This document shows, one piece after another, positions 14,241 to 27,699 of a DNA stretch of 64,000 nt (the stretch's first letter is position 1; each line of letters opens with the position of its first letter). A program made the position numbers and the translations under genes. Under the pieces are notes generated by a model. It saw only the letters and a list, made by a program, of their open reading frames with translations. It was not told where the DNA came from and ran no database searches. The DNA comes from Azolla caroliniana. Lineage: Eukaryota; Plantae; Polypodiophyta. Location: assembly GCA_043228905.1 (NCBI GenBank), contig JBHGNT010000015.1:2356001-2420000 (forward strand), read 5' to 3'.

Positions 14241-16586
14241 TCAATCCTCCAACGATCTCTTTCTCGCCTTTAGATTCATTTGTAAGCGTTCCGGTAATGG
14301 AGGAGTTATACCGCGCCGGAAGAGAACCGCAAAAGCCTTAATGTTGTTGCACAATGCAAAGACCTAGAAATCAAAAGCAAACCGAATCAGCCCAGTCAAT
14401 TTACCTGCCTTCTAGGAATCGGCAACAGATCTGTTTCAGCTTAACCGGTTTGGCCTTGTCCAAACAAAACTGGTTAAGCCTAAACCGGTTTGGGAATTTC
14501 CAAACCTGAACCGAACCGGTTCCTAAACCAGTTTGGCCAAACCGGTTAAGCCTTAACAGGCATGGTAACTGGTTTGACCCAAATCGGTTTGGTTCAGCTT
14601 CAGCCATCCCAAACCGAGCTCAAACCGGTTAAGGAAGCTCAAGCCTAAGCCGAACCAAACCAAACCGCCAAACAGTTCGGTGTAGGCTGCAGCCGAGCTG
14701 TTGCTGCCGATTCCTACTGCCTTCTTTACAAAGCTTTAAATGTTAAAGTTGTGGACACAAATGGGGAATATTAGAACTTACATCAGAGGCATCTAACTCA
14801 GCTACACCCATACAGCCCTTCCCTTCACCATCCAATAAGTTGCAATACTTTGTCGCTTCCTCCTCATCTTCAAACACCTAACAAAATCAAAGCAAAGAAT
14901 AAGATCAAACTATATATACTGAAATTTTTTTAGCTACTTCTGAAAGAAAAGAAAAGAAAACCTTAGGAGTATTACCAGTACTCCTTCACGAACGTCCTCT
15001 ACGATCATCGAGAAGTGATTTTCCCGTAGAGCCGTTGAAGTTTTAGAAGCCGATCGGAGGATTCCACTTGAAGAACCCCTTCTCTTGTCCCGTTTCGGGA
15101 AAAGAAGATTCAGCTCATTCTCCACTTCACTGGAAGGAATATCCCCACATGATCATAACAATGAAATCATGAAAGAAACAAAATGAAGGCACGAATTAGG
15201 TTACACGCATAACAACTTTTTCCTTTTCTACTCACTTGCGCACTCGCCTTGTTCGCATCGTCAGAAGCTTGTTTTCCTCTTGGGCAAGAACATAAACAGG
15301 CTTTGAATTACCTCTCCAAGGATTTGACTCGAGCACTGATGAGAGAACAAAACAAAAGGCATGTAAGAAGAATGAACATCATGATGCATGCACATCGTAT
15401 ACCAACAGATCAAATTATGCGTGATTCAAACATATGAAGTTGGATTTTGTTCTCCAAAAATGTGATGAGAGGACAACAAAACAAAAGGATGTGTATAGAA
15501 TGACTGTCACGATGCATACCGACAAATTGAATGACCCGTTGATTTCATGCATGAGTGGTGCAGACATATGAGGACTTTGATTTTGTTTTTCAATTGCGCC
15601 ATCACAAAAAGGGAGAGATATCACATACACATACATCTCATATGTATTTAAATCCAATGAATTGACCAATATGTACATCAACTCAATACCATAAAGTCCA
15701 GAGACCAGACATTGGAATTTTTTTGAATGGTCATCAATCATGATCTAGTGGACATACAAATGGTGGCATCTATTAAAGTTCCAGACAGCATGGAACCAAA
15801 TTCAAAAAGGGGGTTTTCAGTCCATTTCAAAGCCTGATATGGATATTTCTTCTTAATGTTGGTGTGATTGATCCAATAAACCTCATAAGATCTGAGACAA
15901 GACCAGGCCAACAATATGCCAAGCTAACGGGCACCATATCCATAGGATTGGAGACCTCCATCCATGATGAGCTCAATGGACCTTATCAGTGGGGATCTCA
16001 TTGATAACTTTAGTTGAGTATCTTTTTTTCTCAGTGGACACCAGAATTCATATTTCCATGTTGGTAAATAATGTCAATTCTCACATGAAAGAAGAGCATT
16101 ATTCTATATATGCAATTTTGACACAAAATAACAGAAAAAACAGGACTAACCATCATAACTGCTTGTGTCTATGCTCTGCTCGAATCGTCGACGCACATCA
16201 TACGCGCGAGATGAGACCTGCCTGAGGAACCCATCGGAAGTGGGTGGAATCTGTCCGTCCAAATGGAGGGCGCGATCGATCTCGGGCTGTTGGTCCTCTG
16301 CACGATCCGAGGGCACGGGATTCACAAAATCACCATCGCCACCATCCTCATGCTCAGGGTCATCACCAAACGGAGCAGAATCTGGAGAAGGCGTGGCGCA
16401 CAACAAGGGCCTTCTCATCAAAGGAGGGGAATGAGAGAGGGGAACAAGATGGCGATGGTGTGATGATGATGAGGATGAGGATGAGGGGAGGGATGGGGTT
16501 AGGGTTAGGGTTAGAGGTAGGGGTAGTCGAGGATTGATGGGGTGATTTAGATGAGATCTGCAGAGTATGGAATCGATGTGAGCCAT
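14241..16586 (-). CDS. Uncharacterised, probably plastid-targeted protein with a DUF3110-like C-terminal region; 5 exons
   Basis: Approximate exons 16586-16151, 15337-15237, 15130-14978, 14877-14782, 14363-14241. They give an S/P/R-rich transit-peptide-like N-terminus, then RQVSSRAYDVRRRFEQSIDTSSYDVLESNPWR...SEVENELNLLF...MIVEDVREGVLVFEDEEEATKYCNLL...AVLFRRGITPPLPERLQMNLKARKRSLED*. From memory this resembles Arabidopsis At2g36895-type proteins. Confidence 0.82.
14413..14716. mobile_element. hAT-type MITE (TAGG...CCTA), 8-bp TSD, in the last intron of the DUF3110-like gene
   Basis: TIR taggaatcggca / tgccgattccta. Perfect TSD ctgccttc at 14405-14412 and 14717-14724. Dense AACCG/CGGTT subterminal motifs. 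Confidence 0.92.
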
Positions 16587-16683
16587 GGGATTGTTAGAGT
16601 TTAGACTGAGAAGAACAGAAAACAGAGCATCAGACAATCAACCCTTGATATTCAGTTTCATTAGACCTCTTCCTTTTCTTCTT

Positions 16684-17110
16684 ACACATATACATACATA
16701 CATACATACATACACATACATTCATACATTACATACATACATACATACATTACATACATACACATACATTACATACATTATTACATACATGCATACATAC
16801 ATACATACATACACACATACATACATACATACATACATACATACACACATACACACGTACATTACATACATTATTACATACATGCATACACATACATACA
16901 TACATGCATGCATGCATGCATGCATGCATGCATGCATACATACACACATACATACATACACACACACACATTACATACATACATACATACATACATACAT
17001 CTATTACATACATTACATACATACACACATACATATACATACATACACATACATTACATACACACATACATATATTACATACATTACATACATACATGAT
17101 ACATACAAAC
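16684..17110. repeat. (TACA)n/(CA)n/(TGCA)n compound microsatellite
   Basis: Direct inspection. The ORFs predicted here are repeat artefacts. Confidence 0.95.
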
Positions 17111-17249
17111 ATAAAGACATATGCATATATGCTAGCCCTCATTGGTCCCTCTCGATCAATCCATTGTTCCGTACGGGCGACCAACAAAATGAGTGTTGAT
17201 TGTGTCAGTTCACGACAACAGAAGGCCACCGGTCGGCCGAATCTAAGGG

Positions 17250-17480
17250 CTTGCAGGACGAAGGAAAGGGTTTCCATTGGGTCAGTTCTTGGATTCGGCA
17301 CATGATGAAGGAATGGGGTTGGGTTCCTAGTTTCATATGACATGCCGAAGGAAGGATTTTTTGTCAAATCTAGTACTTGGGTTTCACAGGACATGACGAA
17401 GGAAAGGGTGTTTCAACTTTCATCAAATCGGTTCTTGGGTTCACATGACAGGATGAAGGAATGGGTGTGTGTGTTGGGAT
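17250..17480. repeat. Degenerate ~45-bp tandem repeat
   Basis: Recurrent catgacgaaggaaagggt...gggttc units. Confidence 0.6.
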
Positions 17481-18354
17481 TAGTTCTTGAGTTTAGACTA
17501 CATGAACAAAGGGAAGAGCCATTGCATGCAGAGGAGAGTTTCAAGCTAAATTGGAACGAAAGAGTCTCTCGAAAGAAAAGAAGGTCAAATTCCCTCTTTG
17601 TCCTTCCCCCGTCCCATAGATCATATATATTGGTGTCTTCCTCCATGTTTAAAATTCTTGTATATCCTTTCTCATCTTGTCCAAAACATGTATATTCTTG
17701 AGGGTGAAGACAAATGGGATCAACACGAGGAATAAGCACATTAGACCCTTGTTTCAGGTTTCTTGATTTGTGAAGGTAGAAATAAATTATTTGTGCGTAG
17801 TCAAGTTAGTCCCGAACCCTTCCTTGGGCTTACGTTTGCTTAAACCTTCACTTGTTTTCAAGGGGAGTGTGATGAAGCCTTGGAAAAGGGGCTTTTTTGC
17901 TCGCATGGTACAAAATGGTTGGTTGCAATAAAGTAAGCTTGAGGTAACTGAGGCTCCCATCAATAAATCGTGGGATGCAATGATTCGAAAGAATAGAATG
18001 TTATACAATAATAAAAACTTGTACGCAAACTCATACTAACATTGCTCCAAGTGAGGTTTGAACTCAACTTTGAACATTTATCTATAAACCTTTTCTCTTA
18101 GCCTCTCACATCCATCGCCACTTGCAAACAATATTATTTGTTTTCCTTCAACACACCACAAAGAAATTTGGCTACATTGTGGATACATAGGCAATTGTTT
18201 CATAAGGATGGAGAGTCAACAGTGGTGGCTCATTATTGTAGGAGTATGTTCACATATTCGGTGGTTGGCAATTGCCTTTTCAAAGCAGAAGGGTCTATAT
18301 GACCTAGAAGTAGGACCACGTAAAGTAGACTTTCCGGAAATAAAAGGAAACTGG

Positions 18355-18393
<39 letters not shown>

Positions 18394-19129
18394 TCAAAAT
18401 TCAAGTGAGAAGGGCAACTTATTATTGTCACATATGTTTTTGAGTGAAATTAGAGAAAGGTCCTTGACTTTTTTTTGTGAGTTTAGATAGTTATGTATTC
18501 ATCAGATTGTTACAATCGTTGTTTCTTAATCTAATAAATATAAATTATTGGGTTAATTATTACACTTGCAGCTTAAACGTCTCACCCACAAATCTACCAC
18601 TTTATCATTTATGATTTTTTACACTAACATTAATCTAGTGTCACATTTCCCCTCGCAATTCTCTCCTCTTTTCCGTTGCTTTTAGGCTTCTCTAATACAG
18701 TCATGTGTAAAGTAGCAAAACAATTTTTTTATTTTGCACTTGTTTATTATCGTATTTATAATCCAGTTAGATGTCCATCTTATAACGCGAAAAGGTCAAC
18801 TAACATAAGCCATGCACATGTGATGTATCATGTGACCATATATGAAAATGGTTTTCTTAGTTTCTACGAAGGAGCTCTCTTTATCGACTGAGTCTTTCTT
18901 ATAATACTACCAAAACAAACGCACGGCCAACGAAATGAACCAGACACATGGTAAGTTTCAAGCTTCATATGGTCGAGTTCCCCGAACCCAATATTGTAAT
19001 ACTTACTAGCATACCTACACATGCACATGCGCCCGATGGTCAACTGGTGATGCCTTGAGCTTGTGGTGTGACACAATGTGAAGTTTCGACCAAGTGTGGT
19101 CAAGGCCTCTAAATCTAAGTCTAGTAATG

Positions 19130-19132
19130 ATA

Positions 19133-19183
<51 letters not shown>

Positions 19184-19668
19184 TGCCCCGATTGATAGTT
19201 CCTGAAGCTCAACACGCACACGCACACAAAAACTTTGGTAGATCTAGAAGCTTGACAAACACAAACATCAAACACACACACACACTCACTCACTCACTCA
19301 AGAACTGCCACACACATATACAATCAAGCACAAAAGGTTTTGATAGTTCGACAAGCTTGCCATAGGCACTGGACACAGACACAGACACAGACACACATGC
19401 ACACACACACGCACACACACAAGAACTACCACCTGCATATACAATCAAGCACAAAGGTTTTGATAATTCGACAAGCTTGCCATAGGCACTAGACACAGAC
19501 ACAGACAGGGACACAGACACATACACGAACACGAACACGAACATGGACATCGACACGAACACGAACATAGACACAAACACGGACACAGACACAGACACGA
19601 ACATGGACACAGACACGGACACAGACACACACTAAGGACACCTCAAGGCTCAAAGTGAGGGTAAACAC

Positions 19669-19707
<39 letters not shown>

Positions 19708-19740
19708 TATTCCATGTGGATTCTAGAAAGCTTGACAATG

Positions 19741-19782
<42 letters not shown>

Positions 19783-19789
19783 CAGGGAA

Positions 19790-19845
<56 letters not shown>
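19130..19845. repeat. Microsatellite cluster (CA)n, (GACACA)n, (GA)n with a duplicated ~60-bp spacer
   Basis: caatcaagcacaaa(a)ggttttgata..tcgacaagcttgccataggcact occurs at ~19321 and ~19442 between simple repeats. Confidence 0.9.
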
Positions 19846-19847
<2 letters not shown>

Positions 19848-20146
19848 CTTCATGTGTGCAAATTGGATCTAAAGCTTTTGGTTGAAGCAGTCACAGGCTC
19901 AATTCCTGAGTTTCTCTCCTTTAAATACAAAATACAATCCATGAAACCCCACCCACATACATACACACATCCATGTTTTCCTCAGTTACTTATCTCTGAC
20001 AAGCTAGGGTTTCGTTTTTTCTTCTTCTTTTTTGTGGTTGGTTTTGGGGAGGGATTTGGGTTAAAGGACTGCCTCACGTATTTGCAATAAAATAAAATCC
20101 CAAGTGGTGCCTGGGATAAGAGAAGAGAAGAGAAGGGGGTAAAGGT

Positions 20147-22682
20147 ATGCCTGCCCATGGAGATGGTCTCGACTTCAGAAATGAGCATGGAGCTTCTTCA
20201 GTGTATTCTAGAATACGTCCGGTGGAAGAACTAGGTTTGGCTGATTTTGAGAGCTTTTCTTTACCCTCGGGGGTTTCTTTGCGGAGAAAGAAGCTATGGA
20301 GATGGGCCAAACTCTTGTTTTGGTTCGCTCTTGCATTTGGTGTCGCCGGTGCGATTGGCATGTGGGTCCTTCCAACATTCCTTGATAAGGTATGATGTTT
20401 CGCCCCTTTTTCCGAAGAACCAAATGATCTAACATAATTACTGGGTTGAGAGTTTGTATGTGAAATCCATCAATTACAGAGGTTTGATAATAAATGAAAC
20501 TTAGGATTGCTGGAGAAAACAATTACATATTGGAATATGCATGTGGTGAGAGTTTGTTATGCTGGTAGATATTTCAATGTGCAGTCTTACAATGTACGGT
20601 CTAATGTGAAAACATGGTCAGATTAATGCCCCCTTTATTATTGGAGGGTGGTTGTGGAGTACTATTAACAATAGGTGGTCGAAATTTAGACTGCAAAGCA
20701 TGCCGAAATCTATTTTTGAGAGTTAAAAGTATTGAATTATGACAATAGACCAAAGCACACAAACTGAGATATAATAGAGTTCACATTTGGATTCTTTAGA
20801 ATTTTCAAACTCTGTTGCCTAGCAGGTATCGTTAGGCATGTTGGAAGGATGAACGAAAAAAAATAGTCTAGAAATTGGGTTATGGGAACATGAAAAATGA
20901 TGGAAGTTGCAAAGAAGTAGAGGCAAGAACGAAGGCCTTCAATCTGGGAACTTGGAATAAGCAAGAGCAAGCTTGAAAGAAATTGTTTTATAGGTCTAGC
21001 CATACCTTTTTCTTTACATATGAAATGCACGGGATTGCGATTTCATCTGTCCTCCCACATCCTCTTTCTTCAAGACATCTATTTTGACAAATTCAAGCCT
21101 ATGATGATGGTGTGAAAATAGAGGTAATCATTTTGAATTGATATTTTTATCTAGCACATAACATATGAAATTAAGGGTCTTAAAGTTGGTCCGTCCGCAA
21201 AATGTTTAGAGTCGATTATGTACTACATGGTGCTCTGTTTTAAATTGCTGTGTAAGTGATGTTCTACAAGGTTTTAGGATGCACTATCCCTAGGATCTGA
21301 ACTATACACTTCTATGCGCATCTGTTTGCCATATGATGTGTCTGCTATATGGATGACATTGTGGATTTTGAACTGGAAGGGATCTTCTGCTTGAACCCAA
21401 TTGTTTACAACACGAATAAAATACATTGACTTAAACATATTGAATAATCTCGTTGTGCAAAAGAGTGCTAAATTATTGAACATATAAATAGCACTTGAAA
21501 ATAATAAAATCGCTCTTCAATAATAAGCCAAAGTTTTCCTTGTTTTATTCACCTTTCTTTGATTTTGGTGCAGGTAGTTATTCCAACCATGGAATGGGAG
21601 GTGAGAAACTTCAGTAGGCCAGTCCTTGCACTGGTTCTAATTCTTTCGATGGCAGGCTTACCACTTCTTTTGATCCCAACGATGCCTTGTATGTGGCTCT
21701 CAGGGATGGTTTTTGCCTATGGGTTTGGCTTCCTAATTATAATGGCTGGAACACTGATGGGAACATCATTTCCCTTCTTCCTTGGCAGATGGGTATTACA
21801 AGCAAAGATTCAGGTTCGACATTTCATCGATATGCATATCATATTATAATTCTAATGGATGCCCAAAACACAAGGATTTTTTGTAATGTGATTGTTAGTG
21901 AAGGCATTTTAGCTTGGTAATCTTACATGGGAACATGATGTGTTCATCCATAAGTGAGAATTGTGTGTAGACTTTTTGACTTCAGAAGCAGCTTAAGGCT
22001 TACCTTCCTTACTCAAAATGATCACTATAAAGATCATGGTGTAACACTGGTTATGTTTTTGGGACGATAATTCAAGCAATGATGTTTAAACCAATTTAAT
22101 GTTGGGCATGCAGAGATGGATACAGAAATGGCCAAAATGGGCAGCCTTAATTCGATTAGCTGGTCAAGGGAGCTGGCTTCGACAATTCCAAGTTCTGTTT
22201 ATTCTTAGACTTTCCCCAATACCCTATTCAGTATTCAACTATATTATAGCTACTACAAATGTCAAATATGGACCCTACGTCTGTAGTTCTACCGCAATTT
22301 TGATTCCTGAAGCCTTTATTACTATCTACAGGTAATGTATATTCAGAACAATACTTCTGTACTTTATATTGTGAGCTCAGTCTGGTGTAGTAATAATTGT
22401 AGAAAAAATCTATTATATGGCAGTGGCAGGCTGCTGAAGTCTTTGGCTGATATCAAGAGTTCTAGTCAGAAAATGGGAACACTTGAAATTGTGTATAATG
22501 TGGTGGGCTTGTGCATGATGGTCAGTGTCACTATTGCTGGCACAATTTATGGGAGAAGAGCACTAAGAGAACTTGAAATAAATGAAGAGGCCCGAGATTG
22601 TGAAGCAGCGGAACTGAAAGATTCACAAGTCGGAAGTTTTGATGAACCAAGCAAGGAGTTGAATGTTGCTTCAGTAAATTAA
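20147..22682 (+). CDS. SNARE-associated Golgi protein / TVP38-TMEM64 (VTT/DedA) membrane protein; 4 exons
   Basis: Approximate exons 20147-20389, 21574-21813, 22114-22331, 22424-22682. Motifs LLIPTMPCMWLSGMVFAYGFGFLIIMAGT, LRLSPIPYSVFNY and PEAFITIYSGRLL. Multiple TM helices. Confidence 0.9.
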
Positions 22683-25010
22683 GAAGACCCTACTTGTAAT
22701 TTGTGCTCAGATATGTGGCTATAAATAATATGGACAGGATCGCCGAGGCAAGGGAGGTGCCGGGCAAACCATGTATGTATAATAATCGGTAATTGGTATC
22801 TCAATCAAAGCCATCATCATATTCAGTTATCCTTTTCAAGAGAAGCTCAACCATGGATGCCAGTGCACAGTCATTGCGTGCAGTTTATCGTTTTCAAGAG
22901 CTCAAGCCTGCTAGTGCAGAATCATCATGTTTAGTTATCCTTTTCAAGCTTAGTGCACAGCCATAATGCCTGGCAGTTATGTTGCCCTAAACCAAAACCT
23001 AAATCTAAATCCTAAACCTCCCGGATATTGACCTCAGACCCTGAAAACATCTGACATAAGAGTCTTTATATTTATGGGAGAGAGTGGAGGTGTAAACATT
23101 TTGATGGAGAATGGATGCATCGGAAAACCTTCTTGCAAGATCTTATGGGCTGAAGCATTTGTCACCTTCTTGTCCACCAATTTGGTATTCTTTCAAACAT
23201 GACTCATGAGTGAGAGCTACAAGTGATCATTATTATTTGTTGCTCCTCAATGCTTTATCACAAAGAGAAAGATCAATATGGTTCTTGTCAGCCAAAACAT
23301 CTCCATGGAAAAACAGACAGGTGATCATGGTAGCTGTTTCTTCTTGTGCGACATGACCCATTGGTAAGATTATGTGGATATCATAGAGATGCTCTCTATC
23401 TGCTTTGTTCAATCCTATGCTATATCCAATCATTGGATCGCTAATGTTCAATATTCTGCATGCAAGCATTTGGATTCATTTTGTATCTTCAAATATTAAA
23501 AACTTCACGTACTTGATGGAAACCATGTGTAGCTTAAAATGTCAGAAGTAAACAAAAAATGTTGAGCAATATTGTTTAAGCTGAAGGTGTAAATTTTAAG
23601 CTTGACTCGAAAGGTTAGATATTTTGTGAGTTGCCTTTTATCTTTTTGTAATTTGATTAAGAGCTTTGCTACATGTACATTATATGCTTCTAATGTCTAT
23701 AATCATGAAATCCGATTAATGAAACAATTTGACAAAGTTTGAAACTACTTGTCTATACAAGTACTAATCCATGACATTACACATATTTTCATACATTAAT
23801 TTGAGATTGAGCGTGCATAATAACACACTAGTGTGGTTAAATGAGCATCAAGATGCAAGGTTTTATTATACATAATCCATGATCATAACATTACACATAC
23901 CATCATACATCAATTTGAGATTGAATGTGCATTATAACACTAGTGATTTAATGAGCATCATGATGCAAGGGTTTATTATGTAGCGTGTGTCTTGAGTAAT
24001 AGTCTTTTATTCAAGTGAAGCAAGATGAATCAATGTTGACATGGTTGTCCCACAATCCAATGTATAAAACACTTCATGTTACGGGGAATTAAGACAACAT
24101 CTAGAGGTCAATTATGGGGAAGCTCATTTAAAATTAAGAAACATTTGAGTATAACAAAAAACATTGGACATGTAGGTTAATATTGAAAGAAAGAAAGGAA
24201 AAAAACTACACTCATATCATTAGACCTATATAGTTAAGGTAGTCACAATAAGCAAATAGGAACAAGAACCTGGACATCATCCGAAGACACCACTTTTTCT
24301 GTGAGTTCATGTCAAACTGAATGTATCATTGTTCCTAAAAAGGCTTAGTTCGAAATACTCTTATAACAATAAGCACTCCTCAACAAGACATAATTCGACT
24401 AGAAAAGAATAAGAGAGATACTTTGCAAACTAGTGAATAAACAACTATTCTTTACATTATCTCAACACACTTTTTTTAAAAATAATGACAAGCAACAATC
24501 ACATTGCACATAGAAGACCGTGTCATACAATCACTCCAAAAATAAGGAATTGGTCATGAATTGACTCAGGCCAGTTCTTTTAAACACAGGTCCAGAGATT
24601 CATTCAGCTGAAACCTCAAAGGAAAGTAAACGTAGCATTGTAGGAAATTGGCATATTTTATCAAAGACGCATATAAAAAATCAATACCAAAGAATATACA
24701 ATACATGTTTACTGCTTCGCAAATGTCTTCTCCTAGATCCTATAGTAAAGATTTAAATGTTAGCAGATCTTTATATTTTTTGTTCATCCATTGCATCATC
24801 ACCATTAGATCCAAAGGGGAAAACAAAGTAGATGATGACAAGGAAAAAGAATCTAGATGCAGGTACATACAATGATTGGTGCCGATTCAATGTGTGCTAT
24901 AATGAATGGTTTGCTTTATACAAATCACATTAAATCTGGATAGGTAAACATATACACAGCATAGAATTGAAAAAATCTTGGACCCAGTTCTTCCACAAGA
25001 ATGGAGCTTG

Positions 25011-27164
25011 TCATGATGATGATGATGATGACGACGACGACAACAAATCCAAATTTAATGCCAAATCTTCAACATCAATTTTTACAGTGTCTTTTCGGAC
25101 ACCTAGATCAACTGCATAGCGACTGAAACAATAAACTCCAGCTCCCACTAGCAAGCGCGACGGGTTAAGAAATGATGCAACCATTGGAACACCGAGCATC
25201 AAGCTAACTGCTTGTCCACTCCTCCCTGGTAATGTCTCATCAAGTATAAGAAGCCCTGTTTTGCAATACATGGCAAAATCCTCACAATTGTTACGGAAAA
25301 TATCGTATCCCCCAAACCCTTTCTCGAGAAGATACAATGCTCTATGAATGACTTGATCTGTCGAGTCTGACTTTGCAAGTGTACAAGTTCCTCCTCTCGC
25401 TTTTGCAAGGAAAATTGCTGTGTCTACCCCATATTCGAACTTATAGAGTGGGCCTCCATTTAGAAAGCAATCTATGCATGATACCATGACTCCATTACTG
25501 TTTACCGTGTGATTACTACATTCCTCACATAAGCGAGTTGACTGAGGTGCCGTCCGGCTTCCAAGAAAATTGTCTAAAAAGGTCCCTGTCCCTGCCTCCA
25601 AGCCTTGTCCCCGTGTGAAATGTATTACCTTCCCATCACCAATGTGTATTCCTGACATGAAGAGAAAGCAACGAAAAACAAGGTGTCATTGTAGGAAATA
25701 GGAGATAATGTCATGGACATAGAGAAGGCATATGCGGATGGAAGAACAGGCAGAGTTGGTCATTGCAAATATAATGAGCACTAGGAAGTGCTAAAATGTG
25801 CAAATTATTCTAAATAGTTCTTATCTAAAGGAAATATATGGTTAGAAAACGTATCGAACTTAGAAATAAAGAAGACATTGAAAGTTTTAATATCCCCATG
25901 CAGGTGGATCTGCGTAGTTTTCTCGGCATTTCAGCAAAAATCAAGTTTAGTATGTGATCTTATCAGTTTAATATACGTAAAAAAATCAGCACAACCCATC
26001 TGAAACACATGGAAAATTAACAAAAGTGAAAGCCATCAAACCACCGCAAAGCGCCAATCTAAAGACGCACTTATTGATATGATTCTCAGTTATAAAAATC
26101 CACCATCTTACTTCACGTGATTACTTCGTATAAAGCCAGAAGAAGGCCAAATCCTGATAAACAACAACCCTATGCATCTGTCTTCATGTCTAGAAAGAAA
26201 AATGATTGTGATAAAACAGGATTGATACCAAATCATTAGCAAAAATCTACTAGTTTCACTCACATCACTTTTGCTAATGCATGGTCATTAGGTTGAGGAA
26301 TAAAGAAAATACAAATTGTCCAAATATGAGACAGAAACAATGAATCGAGACAGGAGAATGGTCAACAGGATGCTTATACATCAGCATCTCTTCTAAGAAA
26401 ATACAAATTTTCCAAATATCAGACAGAAGCAATGAATAGGGACAAGGAAATTGGTCAACAGAATGCTTTATACATCAGCATCTCTCCTATATGTAATGAA
26501 GAGAATTCATACTCAATATGCTGCGATTAAGGCGATAACAAAAAAGACTGATTAACCATGTAACAGTATGTTTCTATATAATCGAGATCACATAGTTTAG
26601 GGATATTTGGAACAGTAAGTTTCTATATAATCGAGACTCAAAACAACAGGTTGCAGAGGAGGGTTGTTTGAGATTACATTGTTTTGGCTGTTTTGATTAA
26701 CCATGATTAAGAATAAGGTTCTTCACAATCGAGATCACATAGTTTAGGATTGCTTGGGATCCTCAAAACAACATATTGTAGAGCAGGGTTGTTTGATATC
26801 ACTTAGTTTTGGTTGTTTGGATTGACCATGATGAAGAATAAGGTCCTTCACAATCGAGATCACATAGTTTAGGGTTGTTTGGGACCCTCCAAACAGCATA
26901 TTGTAGAGCAGAGTGAAGAAACATCAGAGAAAGAAGGATGGAGTGCAGAGCATTAATCACAGAAAGAAAGATGGGAGTGCAGAGCATTAATCAAAGAAAG
27001 AAGGATGGAGTGCAAGGAACAAAAAAAAAAAAAAAAAAAAAAAAAATCAGAAAAAGGAAAAGAAAAATACCGTGATGGGCATATGTGTAGTAAGCTCTCC
27101 AAGAGTAGATATGGTCTCCATCCTCCAAATCTTCGCGGCTCACTCTGTTGGAGAGGATCCCCAT
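25011..27164 (-). CDS. NC-domain (LRAT/NlpC-P60 permuted papain-like) protein; 2 exons
   Basis: Exon 1 (27164-27071) reads [31 protein letters not shown]. Exon 2 (25651-25011) reads [13 protein letters not shown]...[13 protein letters not shown]...[13 protein letters not shown]...[20 protein letters not shown]. The H-box and NC motif are intact. Confidence 0.92.
25919..25974 (+). pseudogene. 5' fragment of U2 snRNA (truncated pseudogene), antisense in the NC-gene intron
   Basis: tttctcggcatttcagcaaaaatcaagtttagtatgtgatcttatcagtttaatat aligns gap-free, with about 8 mismatches in 56 nt, to the conserved U2 5' end tttctcggccttttggctaagatcaagtgtagtatctgttcttatcagtttaatat. Confidence 0.8.
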
Positions 27165-27699
27165 GGACTGGTGCCTGAGACAGAGAAGAAACAGAGAGAG
27201 AAGAAGAAACAGAGTATTTCATGAAAAGGATAAGAAGGAACAGAGTATGTGTTTTATTTCATGGAACAAACAACAGGACACAAACTACTCAAAGAAATTA
27301 TTTAACATTCCAATACATATAACAAGAGGAGAGAGGAGGGAGGGGGGGGTGTGAAAATTCCTAGGGGGTGAATATTCCCTCGGGATGTAAATCGATATGC
27401 CCGCGGATGTAAATCGTGCGCAGATTCCACACTCACGTGATTCCCCATCTCCGTTTCTGCTTCGCTAAAACTGCACGATCAATCGAAGCCATTGCTTGTG
27501 CAACTTCTGGTGATTTCTTTCCATGGTTCTGAACAAGTGCCATCGAAGGTTTAGGGGAGGGGGGGAGGTTGTAATGGATATATGTATTATGGAGACATCT
27601 GATAAGGTCAAACAAAAACATTAACTAATGAGGGTAAAGTGTTTTGCCTGGAATATGTATAGGGGACCTTGCCAACAGTTTAATATGCATGCATTATGG

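Noticed and set aside
16585-17394. Long ORFs rich in H/T/Y/I or C/M/V
   Set aside because: These are translations of (TACA)n microsatellites. The same applies to ORFs at 19015-19853 and 45297-45801.
18040-18072. tRNA gene (B-box-like gaggtttgaactc)
   Set aside because: No cloverleaf can be folded; at most a tiny SINE or tRNA relic.
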